IMG/VR virus record: IMGVR_UViG_3300030102_006934 | Location: 310,001 to 374,000 of that record | Reading direction: 5' to 3' (one strand) | DNA length: 64,000 bases | In this document: positions 9,497 through 18,335 of the stretch, in pieces | Position numbering within the stretch: the stretch's first letter is position 1 | Layout: the number at the start of each line of letters is the position of its first letter | Position numbers and translations under genes: made by a program | The notes under the pieces: model-generated | Told to the model about the DNA's origin: nothing | The model's input: the letters and a program-made list of their open reading frames with translations, nothing else | Databases searched by the model: none

Positions 9497-9752
9497 GACC
9501 GTGTGGCGGAATTGGTAGACGCTTACAAGAAAAACTAAAACTATGGTAAAACTTGGTTTATATGTTTCCCTCTCACCCTTGTGTTGGTGAAAAAACATAT
9601 AAGTATAATATAATATAATAATAACAACTAAAAGATTACTAACGCGTTAGTTGAAACAAATTATAATATGATAAATAATAAAGAAAAATCCAGTTGTTTT
9701 AGTTTGATTGTATGAACGAAAGTTCGTGAAGGTTCGAATCCTTCCATGGTCA
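9497..9752 (+). ncRNA. tRNA-Leu-like RNA with a ~180-nt insert replacing the anticodon loop
   Basis: Acceptor GACCGTG/CATGGTC+A73, D arm GCGGAATTGGTAGACGC, anticodon stem TACAA/TTGTA, variable arm GAAC-GAAA-GTTC, T arm GAAGG-TTCGAAT-CCTTC. Confidence 0.8.
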
Positions 9753-9850
9753 CAATAGGGTGGTAGATAAAATAGTAAAAAATCAATAATGCACCGAAAG
9801 GGGGAAATTCAATTTAGCATAAAAATCAATTACAACCACCCACAGTTTTA

Positions 9851-9924
9851 GGACTTTTAGCTCAGTTGGTTAGAGCACTTGACTCATAATCAAGGGGTCG
9901 TAGGTTCGAGCCCTACATGGTCCA
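9851..9924 (+). tRNA. tRNA(CAT), probably Ile2 (lysidine type)
   Basis: CTTGA-CT-CAT-AA-TCAAG; C4-G69 and A73; D arm resembles Ile2; elongator Met not excluded. Confidence 0.85.
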
Positions 9925-9933
9925 CGTTAATTA

Positions 9934-10017
9934 GCTCGGGTGGCGGAATAGGTAGACGCGTCAGACTTAAAATCTGATTCCCAGTTGGGAGTGAGGGTTC
10001 GATTCCCTCTCCGAGTA
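9934..10017 (+). tRNA. tRNA-Leu(TAA)
   Basis: TCAGA-CT-TAA-AA-TCTGA, long variable arm. Confidence 0.95.
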
Positions 10018-10020
10018 CTA

Positions 10021-10231
10021 GAGAGAGTGATGGGTACTCTCGGTGTTAGTAGAGGTCACGAAACTCTACCCCAAAAGCCTACGCGCGGGAAGAGCGAGGT
10101 ATGTGGATACACGGATGGGTCATCCCCCTACCCCCACATCAAGGATTGACTTTTTTATGTGGTAAGACACTAATGAGTATTTTGAATAGGAAAAGAACGT
10201 TAAAATCTAGTACACTAAACCCTAGTGTACG
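10021..10231 (+). ncRNA. Candidate structured ncRNA in tRNA spacer
   Basis: GC-rich; stems GAGAGT/ACTCTC, GTAGAG/CTCTAC, ATGTGG/CCACAT, GGATG/CATCC, GTACACTA/TAGTGTAC. Confidence 0.5.
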
Positions 10232-10236
10232 CATTT

Positions 10237-10310
10237 GGATGGGTAGCTCAGCTGGATAGAGCATCTGCCTTCTAAGCAGACGGTCGCAGGTTCGAATCCT
10301 GCCCCGTTCA
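10237..10310 (+). tRNA. tRNA-Arg(TCT)
   Basis: TCTGC-CT-TCT-AA-GCAGA; GTTCGAATC. Confidence 0.95.
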
Positions 10311-10315
10311 CTATT

Positions 10316-10342
10316 AAAACCTCGACATTAGTTGGGGTTTTT
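10316..10342 (+). terminator. Rho-independent terminator
   Basis: AAAACCTCGAC-atta-GTTGGGGTTTT plus T-run. Confidence 0.75.
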
Positions 10343-10391
10343 TATTGCCAATTAAAATAGGTTACCTACCTTTGTTCTAAACAAATAAGTT

Positions 10392-11132
10392 ATGTTAAAT
10401 ATATTTGAGGTTGGTGGATGTGTTAGAGATGAAATTCTAGGTGTAAGTACCAACGACATCGATTTTACTTTTGTTATAGAAGATACCAACCAAACAGTGG
10501 ATGAGGGTTGGGATCAAATGTTATCTCACCTAAAAGAGGCTGGGTTTAAAATATTTTTAGAAACAAAAGAATGTTTTACTGTTAGAGCTAAATTCCCCAA
10601 AAACCATATTAATGAAGGATTAGTGGCTGACTTTGTTATGGCTAGGAAAGAAGTTGGTTACATTGATGGTACTAGGAAACCTATTTTAGAACTAGGTACA
10701 CTGTTAGATGACTTAGTTAGAAGAGATTTTACAATCAATGCTTTAGCAAAAGATATGGACGGTAATATTATAGACCCCTTCGGTGGTGTAAAACATCTTA
10801 AAGAAGGTATCCTAATAACACCTCTAGATTCAAGAAAAACCATGATGGACGACCCACTTAGAATATTAAGAGCTTTAAGATTTTCTATCACAAAAGGTTT
10901 TGAGGTATCTGAAGACATTATGGAAGCTATGAAGCAACCAAACATTTTAGAGAAATTAAAAACAACAGTTAGCCAAGAAAGAATTAGAGAAGAGTTGACT
11001 AAGATGATGAAATTCGATACAATTAAAACAATGAAACTACTAGTTAATATTGATAACGAGTTTATTCATGGGTTTTTAAATATCATTTTTGAAAAAGACA
11101 TGTGGTTAAACCCAACTACCAAAAACAAGTAA
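10392..11132 (+). CDS. cca: tRNA nucleotidyltransferase (CCA-adding / poly(A) polymerase family)
   Basis: VGGCVRD, DIDF, DLVRRDFTINALA, DPLRILRALRF, VSQERIREE; adjacent tRNAs lack encoded CCA. Confidence 0.9.
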   Translation: MLNIFEVGGCVRDEILGVSTNDIDFTFVIEDTNQTVDEGWDQMLSHLKEAGFKIFLETKECFTVRAKFPKNHINEGLVADFVMARKEVGYIDGTRKPILELGTLLDDLVRRDFTINALAKDMDGNIIDPFGGVKHLKEGILITPLDSRKTMMDDPLRILRALRFSITKGFEVSEDIMEAMKQPNILEKLKTTVSQERIREELTKMMKFDTIKTMKLLVNIDNEFIHGFLNIIFEKDMWLNPTTKNK

Positions 11133-11149
11133 ATTAAAAAACAAAAAAA

Positions 11150-11404
11150 ATGAATTTATTAAATAATATCGTAGATTATTACGAAGAAGAGGAAATATTA
11201 AAGGCAGATGGTTTCGATGAGGCGGTTATTGGTATAGAAGAAGGTACCATGAGATTGATTTATTCAGTTACTAAGTGTATTGAAATACTAATGACTGAAG
11301 ATGATATGTCTATGGAAGATGCTATGGAACATTTTAGATATAATGTTAGTGGTGCTTATGTTGGTAAAAAAACACCTATATGGTCAGAGGATATGTTTTA
11401 TTAA
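11150..11404 (+). CDS. Conserved phage hypothetical protein
   Basis: ADGFDEAVIG...YNVSGAYVGKKTP. Confidence 0.75.
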   Translation: MNLLNNIVDYYEEEEILKADGFDEAVIGIEEGTMRLIYSVTKCIEILMTEDDMSMEDAMEHFRYNVSGAYVGKKTPIWSEDMFY

Positions 11405-11541
11405 CATATTTATATAGTAGTAAAATAACTTTTACATAATTTGTTTTTTTATATAGAAATAATGTACAATATTTTTGAACCAGAGAACATTCATGACGAG
11501 GATGACGAGTTAGATATTTTCTAGTATATTTATTAGAAAAT

Positions 11542-11615
11542 GGGGGATTAGCTCAGCTGGCTAGAGCACCTGCCTTGCACGCAGGGGGTCATCGGTTCGA
11601 CTCCGATATCCTCCA
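11542..11615 (+). tRNA. tRNA-Ala(TGC)
   Basis: G3-U70; CCTGC-CT-TGC-AC-GCAGG. Confidence 0.95.
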
Positions 11616-11678
11616 CAATAAAATTGTTTTTACTCACCACTATCACTTATTAACTATCTTACTATATTTATATTCGAT

Positions 11679-12131
11679 ATGTTAGATGAATTTATATTGA
11701 ATACTAAAGAGGCGAGATTAATACAAATCGATTATAAATTGATTACTGGCGATTTAAATGAGGAGTTACTATCCAAAATGTCACCTCAAGAACAAATTAA
11801 CACATATAACTTAGCTTTACTACTACCTAGTAGAAGTTGTGAAGAAGACGATGAACTTTATTGGGATCAAATACTAGTTGATGAATTTATATTATCTTAT
11901 TTAGAACAAATACTAAATAAAAGAAAAATAAAATATTTTTTAACTGACATAACAAAAGATTATTATAAAAAATCTAGTTACCTTGACCTTGATTTTATAA
12001 AAGATATCGATGGGTTTATGGATACCTTATTAACTATTGATGATGTTTTGGATAGGATAAATGATGTTGGTTTGGATAAGATAAATTTATTGGAGTTATC
12101 TTTTTTAGAAAGGAATTCTAGTAAGTTTTAG
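11679..12131 (+). CDS. Hypothetical protein
   Basis: ORF track; ATATTTATA upstream. Confidence 0.7.
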   Translation: MLDEFILNTKEARLIQIDYKLITGDLNEELLSKMSPQEQINTYNLALLLPSRSCEEDDELYWDQILVDEFILSYLEQILNKRKIKYFLTDITKDYYKKSSYLDLDFIKDIDGFMDTLLTIDDVLDRINDVGLDKINLLELSFLERNSSKF

Positions 12132-12163
12132 TTTAAACGTTAATATTTATAATAAAAGGTCGT

Positions 12164-12673
12164 ATGAAGGTCTTAGTATTGAATATGGATTACAGTCCTA
12201 TAAACGTAACATCCCTACAGAGAGGTTTTAAGTTAGTATTTAAAGGAAAGGCAGAAATAGTAACACACGAAATAAAAAACCCAATCAAAACGGAAAGAAA
12301 AAAATACAGAAGACCAACGGTAATAAGACTTTTAAGATATATTTCAGTACCATTTAGAAAGGTTAAATTAAATAGACAAAATATTTTTAGGAGAGACGAT
12401 TATAAGTGTGTGTACTGTTACTCCAAAGATAACCTCACCTTAGACCATTTAATACCTAAATGTAAGGGTGGTCAAAATAGTTGGTCTAATTTAGTTACTT
12501 CTTGTGGTAGTTGTAATGTTAAAAAGGGTGATAAGGATGTTGACTTATTCTTAGAAGAGAATAACATTGAAATGAGTCATCAACCATTTAAACCAACATA
12601 CTTATATTTTGTAGAAAAAATAAATAATGTAAACCCAGATTGGAAACAGTTTGTGGGTATAGTAAAAAAATAA
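12164..12673 (+). CDS. HNH endonuclease (McrA-like)
   Basis: VLVLNMDYSP, RDDYKCVYC, TLDHLIP, WSNLVTSCGSCNVKK. Confidence 0.9.
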   Translation: MKVLVLNMDYSPINVTSLQRGFKLVFKGKAEIVTHEIKNPIKTERKKYRRPTVIRLLRYISVPFRKVKLNRQNIFRRDDYKCVYCYSKDNLTLDHLIPKCKGGQNSWSNLVTSCGSCNVKKGDKDVDLFLEENNIEMSHQPFKPTYLYFVEKINNVNPDWKQFVGIVKK

Positions 12674-12674
12674 A

Positions 12675-12833
12675 ATGGATTTCGAGTTAGGTAAGGATTA
12701 TTATTTAGAGAATGGTAAAATAGTTTTAACAGAAATATACCATAAAAAAAGAGGTACTTGTTGTGGTTCTAATTGTAGACATTGTGCCTATGAGCCACCA
12801 CATCAAAAAGGTAATAAAAAATTAAAAGAATAA
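12675..12833 (+). CDS. Small Cys-rich protein (DUF5522-like)
   Basis: 52 aa, YHKKRGTCCGSNCRHCAY; below ORF-track cutoff. Confidence 0.75.
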   Translation: MDFELGKDYYLENGKIVLTEIYHKKRGTCCGSNCRHCAYEPPHQKGNKKLKE

Positions 12834-12848
12834 TATATTTATAACTAT

Positions 12849-13559
12849 ATGGAATGGGAAGGTTATGATTGGCAAATAGGTGAGAGATGGGGTATTATTC
12901 ACCCAAATAAACCAATTTGTTATTACGATAAGGACGCGGTTAAAATAAATAAAAAGGGTGAACTAGAATTATACACACACTATAACCCTAGAAAATTTGA
13001 TGGTAAAACTGTTAACACAGGCGTTGGTTTGATTAATTGCAAAGAGAAGTTCGAATATGGTAGGTTCGACATAGATATTAAATTACCTAAAGGACCATCT
13101 TTGTGGCCAGCTTTTTGGATGTGGTCTTATAACTTTTGGCCACCAGAGATTGATGTGTTTGAGGCGTACTCAAATAAAAAGGGTAGTTATTTTAATTGGA
13201 ATATAGATGCTCTTTGGGGGAACTTTTGGAATGTTAAGAGTAATTTACATTTGGGAATTCAACCAGAAAATTATCAATATGGTGCAAAAAGACATTGGTT
13301 GGGCTGGGAATGTCCTAGTAAGGATTTTCATAAGTATAGTGTGGAGTGGTTCCCAAATGAGGTAAACATTCTATTTGACGATAGATTGGTCAGAAAAATT
13401 AATGATGAAAAAACTTTATCACAATTAAGAGATTTCCCAATGAATGTTATTATAAATACACACATTAGGCCAGGTTACCCAGCAGAGGATAAAGAATTAA
13501 TCACAAAAATGGTTTGTAAAAACTTTAGATACTCTAAGTTTTACCCTTACAATTTATAG
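12849..13559 (+). CDS. Glycoside hydrolase family 16 (laminarinase/beta-glucanase-like)
   Basis: YGRFD, LWPAFWM, PPEIDVFE (ExDxxE), FHKYSVEW. Confidence 0.9.
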   Translation: MEWEGYDWQIGERWGIIHPNKPICYYDKDAVKINKKGELELYTHYNPRKFDGKTVNTGVGLINCKEKFEYGRFDIDIKLPKGPSLWPAFWMWSYNFWPPEIDVFEAYSNKKGSYFNWNIDALWGNFWNVKSNLHLGIQPENYQYGAKRHWLGWECPSKDFHKYSVEWFPNEVNILFDDRLVRKINDEKTLSQLRDFPMNVIINTHIRPGYPAEDKELITKMVCKNFRYSKFYPYNL

Positions 13560-13616
13560 AATTGTATTGACAAAAATATTTTTTTGGTTATATTAATAAA
13601 AAAAAAGTTATAAATT

Positions 13617-14048
13617 ATGGATAATTTAAATTTCGGAAGTATGGATGATGATTTATTTAGAAAAGATTTTTTGAATTTTTTAAATCAACACCAAAAAAGG
13701 ATGAGTGATTTCATGAAAAAAATGTATGGTGATAATAATTTAAATTCCGGTCAGTCATTTGACGAAATCATGTCAAGACTAAATATTACCCCCAATAATA
13801 TAGAAAGGGGTGAGGATGAGTATGGGACTTGGGAGAATAGTGAATGGTTCTCAAATGATGGTAATACTCATTACAACTCTTTTTTCAGAGAATTTAACCC
13901 ATATAAAGACATAAAACCAAGGAGTAAAACTCAAGAGATTAGCACCCTTGATTTATTGGAGTCAAAGTTAAACAAGTCTATATTAGAAGAGGATTACGAA
14001 TCCGCGGCTAAAATTAGAGATTTGATGAAGTCTTTGAGTGAAGATTAA
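13617..14048 (+). CDS. Protein with C-terminal UVR (UvrB/C) motif
   Basis: LESKLNKSILEEDYESAAKIRD. Confidence 0.75.
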   Translation: MDNLNFGSMDDDLFRKDFLNFLNQHQKRMSDFMKKMYGDNNLNSGQSFDEIMSRLNITPNNIERGEDEYGTWENSEWFSNDGNTHYNSFFREFNPYKDIKPRSKTQEISTLDLLESKLNKSILEEDYESAAKIRDLMKSLSED

Positions 14049-14572
14049 TGGAACCTAGGAAAGTAGTAAAAAAATTTCAAGAATTTACTGATACTAACTA
14101 TCCCAGAGGTATCTTTAATCACCATATTTATGAACCCACACAATCGATTAGAAGAGTAATGGAATTACCCATGGGTAATGTCTTAGGTATTCTTAAAGTT
14201 GATTCAGAAGCACCAATAATGTTGACGAAACAGGTGGGTTTACCTATAGGGATGTTGGCAGAAGATTTTCCTAGAACGGCGGTCTCTTCCAATTCCCATA
14301 CCCCACGACCAATAAGAATAAGGTTTAGGGACGGTATTAATGTCACAGAAATAGAATTACAAGATAGTATATGGGATTGGGCTGATAGTATGAGTAAAAA
14401 AAATATTTGTATAAAAACTTTAGACCCTACAGGGGTAGAAACAGAAAGATGGGATTTAAGAGGTTGTTTCCCTACACAAATCGGTTATGATTTAATTCCA
14501 GGGAACGATGAGCATCTATATTTAGAAATAACTTTAAATTGGGATTGCTTAACGAAACAAATTTTAGAGTAA
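14048..14572 (+). CDS. Tail-tube (gp19-like) paralog
   Basis: IWDW...KKNI...LDPTGVETERWDLRGCFPT...ITLNWD. Confidence 0.6.
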   Translation: MEPRKVVKKFQEFTDTNYPRGIFNHHIYEPTQSIRRVMELPMGNVLGILKVDSEAPIMLTKQVGLPIGMLAEDFPRTAVSSNSHTPRPIRIRFRDGINVTEIELQDSIWDWADSMSKKNICIKTLDPTGVETERWDLRGCFPTQIGYDLIPGNDEHLYLEITLNWDCLTKQILE

Positions 14573-14663
14573 TTTTTGTTTATACCAGATATTTAATTAT
14601 TGTCAGTAATGTAATCACATCCCCCGACCAAAACAAACTCAATGGGGTTTTTATTGGCAAAAA

Positions 14664-14695
14664 AAAGGGACCTCTAGGGGTCCCAATTTTTTTAT
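14664..14695. terminator. Bidirectional terminator between convergent genes
   Basis: A-run, GGGACCTC-ta-GGGGTCCC, T-run. Confidence 0.75.
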
Positions 14696-15075
14696 ATATC
14701 AATTTGTTTAACATCTTTAAAGTATTTTTCAATACCCTCATAGTCTACAAAACTACCCAAATTATCTAATAAGCCTTGTAGTGTCATGATCTTCCAATCT
14801 AGTAAGTTATGTAAATCGTCTACTTCATTTTGAAGTTTATACCCCCATGTATCGAAATCTTCATCTGAAAGCTTATTTAATTTTTTTTCTACACTCTTAC
14901 GCTTTTCATAAGAAGAATCATTTATTTTAGACAAAGACCACCATATAGAATTTAAATCCATCTCTCCCTTTATTATTTCATCTAAAGTAGTAAATGTTAT
15001 GGTACTATATATATTATTGATTTTGTTAATTTCTTTTTCTACAAAATCCCTATATTTTTTAACTTCTTCTACCAT
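14692..15075 (-). CDS. Hypothetical protein
   Basis: ORF track; TATATTTG upstream on - strand. Confidence 0.7.
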   Translation of the reverse strand: MVEEVKKYRDFVEKEINKINNIYSTITFTTLDEIIKGEMDLNSIWWSLSKINDSSYEKRKSVEKKLNKLSDEDFDTWGYKLQNEVDDLHNLLDWKIMTLQGLLDNLGSFVDYEGIEKYFKDVKQIDI

Positions 15076-15101
15076 AATACAAATATAATAAATTAAGTTG
15101 A

Positions 15102-16532
15102 TTAACCTATTTTAGACCTATTATTTTTAATAAAATCTAAGACTTCATCCTCCATTTGTTCAGAACTAGAATCTACGGAATTTTCTAGGATATCTAAATC
15201 AGTTTTTATACCATAAAACTCCATACCATCATTATTCTCTAATTTTAATTTTAACATATTAATTATTCTATATGAGGCGGGGTCTAATGGATCAACCTTA
15301 AGTAGGTTTATAACTTCTTTGTCTGGTCTGGATAAGAATACGTAAAAATTACTTTGGTTATGTTTTTCTAAATCTTCTGGTGTATAACTCCATTTCCTAA
15401 GTAATACCTTACTATCTGTATTATTTATCTTTTTAGCATCAATCTTACCAGCAATCTCATTTTTCTTTGATTGATCAATTTCATCAGATATGTCTTTCAT
15501 AACTTCAAACTGGTTTAATATGTGTGGATTGTTTATAACAACCAATAATCTTTCATCCACAGTTAAATTATCTCTCATCTCTTTATAATCATTAATACTA
15601 ACCTCACCTTGTGTATATTTGGTTATAAATTCGTTCTTTTGTTTAGGACTTAAATCTCCTGACAATACTTTGAATGTATTTGAGTCTAACTTAACATCTT
15701 TACTATTCAATAATTTATCAACCACGGAACTTCTTTGTTCTGGTTTTAAGATATCATTAAACTTCTTATAATCCCTTATAGTAGGGTTTTTTAAATAAGT
15801 TTGTAGTTGTGCACTTAATTTTTTCTCTTTATGTATAGGATTAAAAGCCTCAACTTTATCCATCATTTCTTGGGTGACCCAAGTTGGTCTGTTTTGACTA
15901 GGGCTATCTTGGGCGTCCCACCAAGTTTGGCCTCCACCATCAGTAAATTTATATTGTAAAGCGTACTTGTAGTCTCTACCAGTTGCTGGAGCATTTTTCT
16001 TAATAAAGAAATAAAAATTAGAATGTCTACTATAATCCTCAAAGTGACTATTAAAACCATCAGCACCGGCAGTTGCCGCAATACACCACTGTGAACCAGC
16101 TCCATACTTACAAGAGGCCTGAACTGTAAAAGGTGCGAAAACAACAACCTCATCATCTTCATATACTTTTTTAGCTTGTTTAGCGAATTTTTTTTCTTCT
16201 GCTTTCTTTTCAGCTTCATCAACAACCGCTTTAAATTCAAATATAGATTCATAAGAATTAATATCTTTGTTTTTAATTCTAGGTAAATTTTTGTGAAACC
16301 CCTTAACCAACTTAACAATTGAATCAGCACTAAGAATATCTTCTTCCGCTTCTAACTTACCTAAAGCTGCTTTAGTCATCCACCCTAAATATTTATTATT
16401 TCCAGATGGATCTTCTTGTGATAATTTATTGATTAGGTCTATATTTTCTTCCCCATATTTTCTTATCACATCTTCTTTTCTACCCTCTAATAATATGGTA
16501 GATTCTAAAATTTGATTTAAATTAAATTCCAT
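15102..16532 (-). CDS. YGAGxxWC-family phage protein (paralog of 33991 and 59117)
   Basis: DPSGNNKYLGWM, KNKDINSY, ASCKYGAGSQWCIA; ATATTTATA upstream on - strand. Confidence 0.8.
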   Translation of the reverse strand: MEFNLNQILESTILLEGRKEDVIRKYGEENIDLINKLSQEDPSGNNKYLGWMTKAALGKLEAEEDILSADSIVKLVKGFHKNLPRIKNKDINSYESIFEFKAVVDEAEKKAEEKKFAKQAKKVYEDDEVVVFAPFTVQASCKYGAGSQWCIAATAGADGFNSHFEDYSRHSNFYFFIKKNAPATGRDYKYALQYKFTDGGGQTWWDAQDSPSQNRPTWVTQEMMDKVEAFNPIHKEKKLSAQLQTYLKNPTIRDYKKFNDILKPEQRSSVVDKLLNSKDVKLDSNTFKVLSGDLSPKQKNEFITKYTQGEVSINDYKEMRDNLTVDERLLVVINNPHILNQFEVMKDISDEIDQSKKNEIAGKIDAKKINNTDSKVLLRKWSYTPEDLEKHNQSNFYVFLSRPDKEVINLLKVDPLDPASYRIINMLKLKLENNDGMEFYGIKTDLDILENSVDSSSEQMEDEVLDFIKNNRSKIG

Positions 16533-16535
16533 TAC

Positions 16536-16949
16536 TTATTTCTTTTTTTTATAAATATCTTGGTTTTCTTTAAATTTCCTTAAAATCTTATGAGATTCTT
16601 CAGTTAATCTAAAACTTTTATCCCTATTCTCTTTTTTAGGTATGAATTTAAGGTTATCCATAGACCCAACTAAGTGAGGTGGTATATTCTCTAAATATGC
16701 GTGAGCGATTGGAAGTACGTGGTCTAATTCATAGCAACCAGACCTACCCCAACAACGTTTGGTGTAGTTTTTTAATTTTTTTAATGGCTGCATTTCAGTT
16801 ACCAACCAAACCCTTAAATAATATAATCTTTTTTTCTTATTCTTTATTTTATCTAAAGATCTTTTTTTAAGTTTAGGCATTATTCGATAGATATCAACCT
16901 CAGTGGTGTCATATAGTTTAAACCCCTTTTTATTTTTCTTTAAACCCAT
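16536..16949 (-). CDS. HNH-like endonuclease
   Basis: ELDHVLPI...NLKFIPKKENRDKS. Confidence 0.65.
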   Translation of the reverse strand: MGLKKNKKGFKLYDTTEVDIYRIMPKLKKRSLDKIKNKKKRLYYLRVWLVTEMQPLKKLKNYTKRCWGRSGCYELDHVLPIAHAYLENIPPHLVGSMDNLKFIPKKENRDKSFRLTEESHKILRKFKENQDIYKKKK

Positions 16950-16994
16950 TTACAATAAACTATTATATGTTATAATTATTATAAAATAAAGATT

Positions 16995-17180
16995 ATGACA
17001 AACGAACAAAAAGGTAAATATTACGATCAGTTACTAAAAGAACATGATCAAAAAGCTTCTAGAGTTAGTAACTTAAAGAATAAAATAGACATTACCAAAG
17101 AAGAAAAGGAAGAGATTAAAAAATTAAAACAAGAAATGGTGGAAATTCAAAGAAAAGCCTATTCTTTAGGAACACTTTAA
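16995..17180 (+). CDS. Small coiled-coil protein
   Basis: ORF track. Confidence 0.65.
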   Translation: MTNEQKGKYYDQLLKEHDQKASRVSNLKNKIDITKEEKEEIKKLKQEMVEIQRKAYSLGTL

Positions 17181-17183
17181 GTT

Positions 17184-17891
17184 ATGGTAGCTTACGTATT
17201 TGATGTAGATGGTACTCTGACACCTAGTAGATTACCCATGAATCAAGAATTCAGTCAATTTTTTACTAATTGGTCGAGGGATAAAGAAGTATTTTTTGTT
17301 ACAGGTTCAAATAGTGATAAAACTATTGAACAAGTTGGTTTAGATATATGGAAAAACATTACCGCATCATTACAGTCTTGCGGGAATCAAATATTCATAG
17401 ATGGTAAAGAAGTTTACAAAAACGAGTGGGAACCTAATGAAAAATTAATTAGTTTATTAGAATACTTTTTAATGAGTTCTGACTATAGAAAAAGAACTTC
17501 TAACCATATTGAAGAAAGGGTTGGTTTATTAAACTTCTCTGTTGTTGGTAGGGATTGTACACAACAAGAGAGAGAAAATTATTACGAGTGGGATAAAACG
17601 GCTCAAGAGAGGGTCTCCATGGTAAAAGAGATTATGGAGAAGTTTACAGAGCTAGAAGCTTCTGTTGGTGGTCAAATATCCATAGACATTCACCCTAAAG
17701 GTGCTAATAAAGGACAAGCTAAAGATTGGATATTAAATCATTTAGGTAAAGATACAAGTATTTATTTTTACGGTGATAAAACAGAATTTGGTGGGAATGA
17801 TTATGACCTAGCAAAAGTACTTACAGAAGATAGACATAAAGTCTTTCAAGTGAGTGGTTGGGAGGAGACTTATAAACTACTAAAAAAATAG
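17184..17891 (+). CDS. HAD-IIB phosphomannomutase-like enzyme
   Basis: FDVDGTLTPSR, IEERVGLLNFSVVGR, GGQISIDI, GDKTEFGGND. Confidence 0.85.
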   Translation: MVAYVFDVDGTLTPSRLPMNQEFSQFFTNWSRDKEVFFVTGSNSDKTIEQVGLDIWKNITASLQSCGNQIFIDGKEVYKNEWEPNEKLISLLEYFLMSSDYRKRTSNHIEERVGLLNFSVVGRDCTQQERENYYEWDKTAQERVSMVKEIMEKFTELEASVGGQISIDIHPKGANKGQAKDWILNHLGKDTSIYFYGDKTEFGGNDYDLAKVLTEDRHKVFQVSGWEETYKLLKK

Positions 17892-17938
17892 ACATCATAA
17901 TAATTTTTTATTATATTTGTGTTAGTTATTTGAAATAT

Positions 17939-18335
17939 GGGGGTATTCTGGATTTGACTTGCAGTAATCAAGATTGGTGTAAGCATGTCGTGAAATGATA
18001 CTATCACGTAAATCTGTGTATTACAACTCTTAAATGGCAACATTTTAGAAAACGCAACAGTAGGTCATTTTGTGGCTGAAGATGCAGCTGTAGTAGCCTA
18101 ATTAGATTAGGACTAACTACCCATCACAACTAAGACTCCGATATTAGAGTATGTGATGTCAACGAATCGGAAACAGACTTAGTATGGTATAGTAGCCAAG
18201 TCGAACTACTATCAATGTTGTTGAACACTGTAAAAAAATCAACTATTTTGGTAAGTTAGAAAACTTAATCCTAAACATGTAGAAGACCGTTAAGATGCGG
18301 TAAGGACATGGGTTCGACTCCCATTACCTCCACCA
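17939..18335 (+). ncRNA. ssrA: tmRNA
   Basis: 5' GGGGGTATTCTGGATTTGAC, 3' GGTTCGACTCCCATTACCTCCACCA, G3-U; tag frame 18036-18101 GNILENATVGHFVAEDAAVVA*. Confidence 0.95.

Noticed and set aside
9528-9706. Group I/II intron or bulge-helix-bulge intron in the tRNA-like gene
   Set aside because: No P7/domain V core, no intron ORF, and no canonical anticodon loop can be rebuilt; kept as unexplained insert
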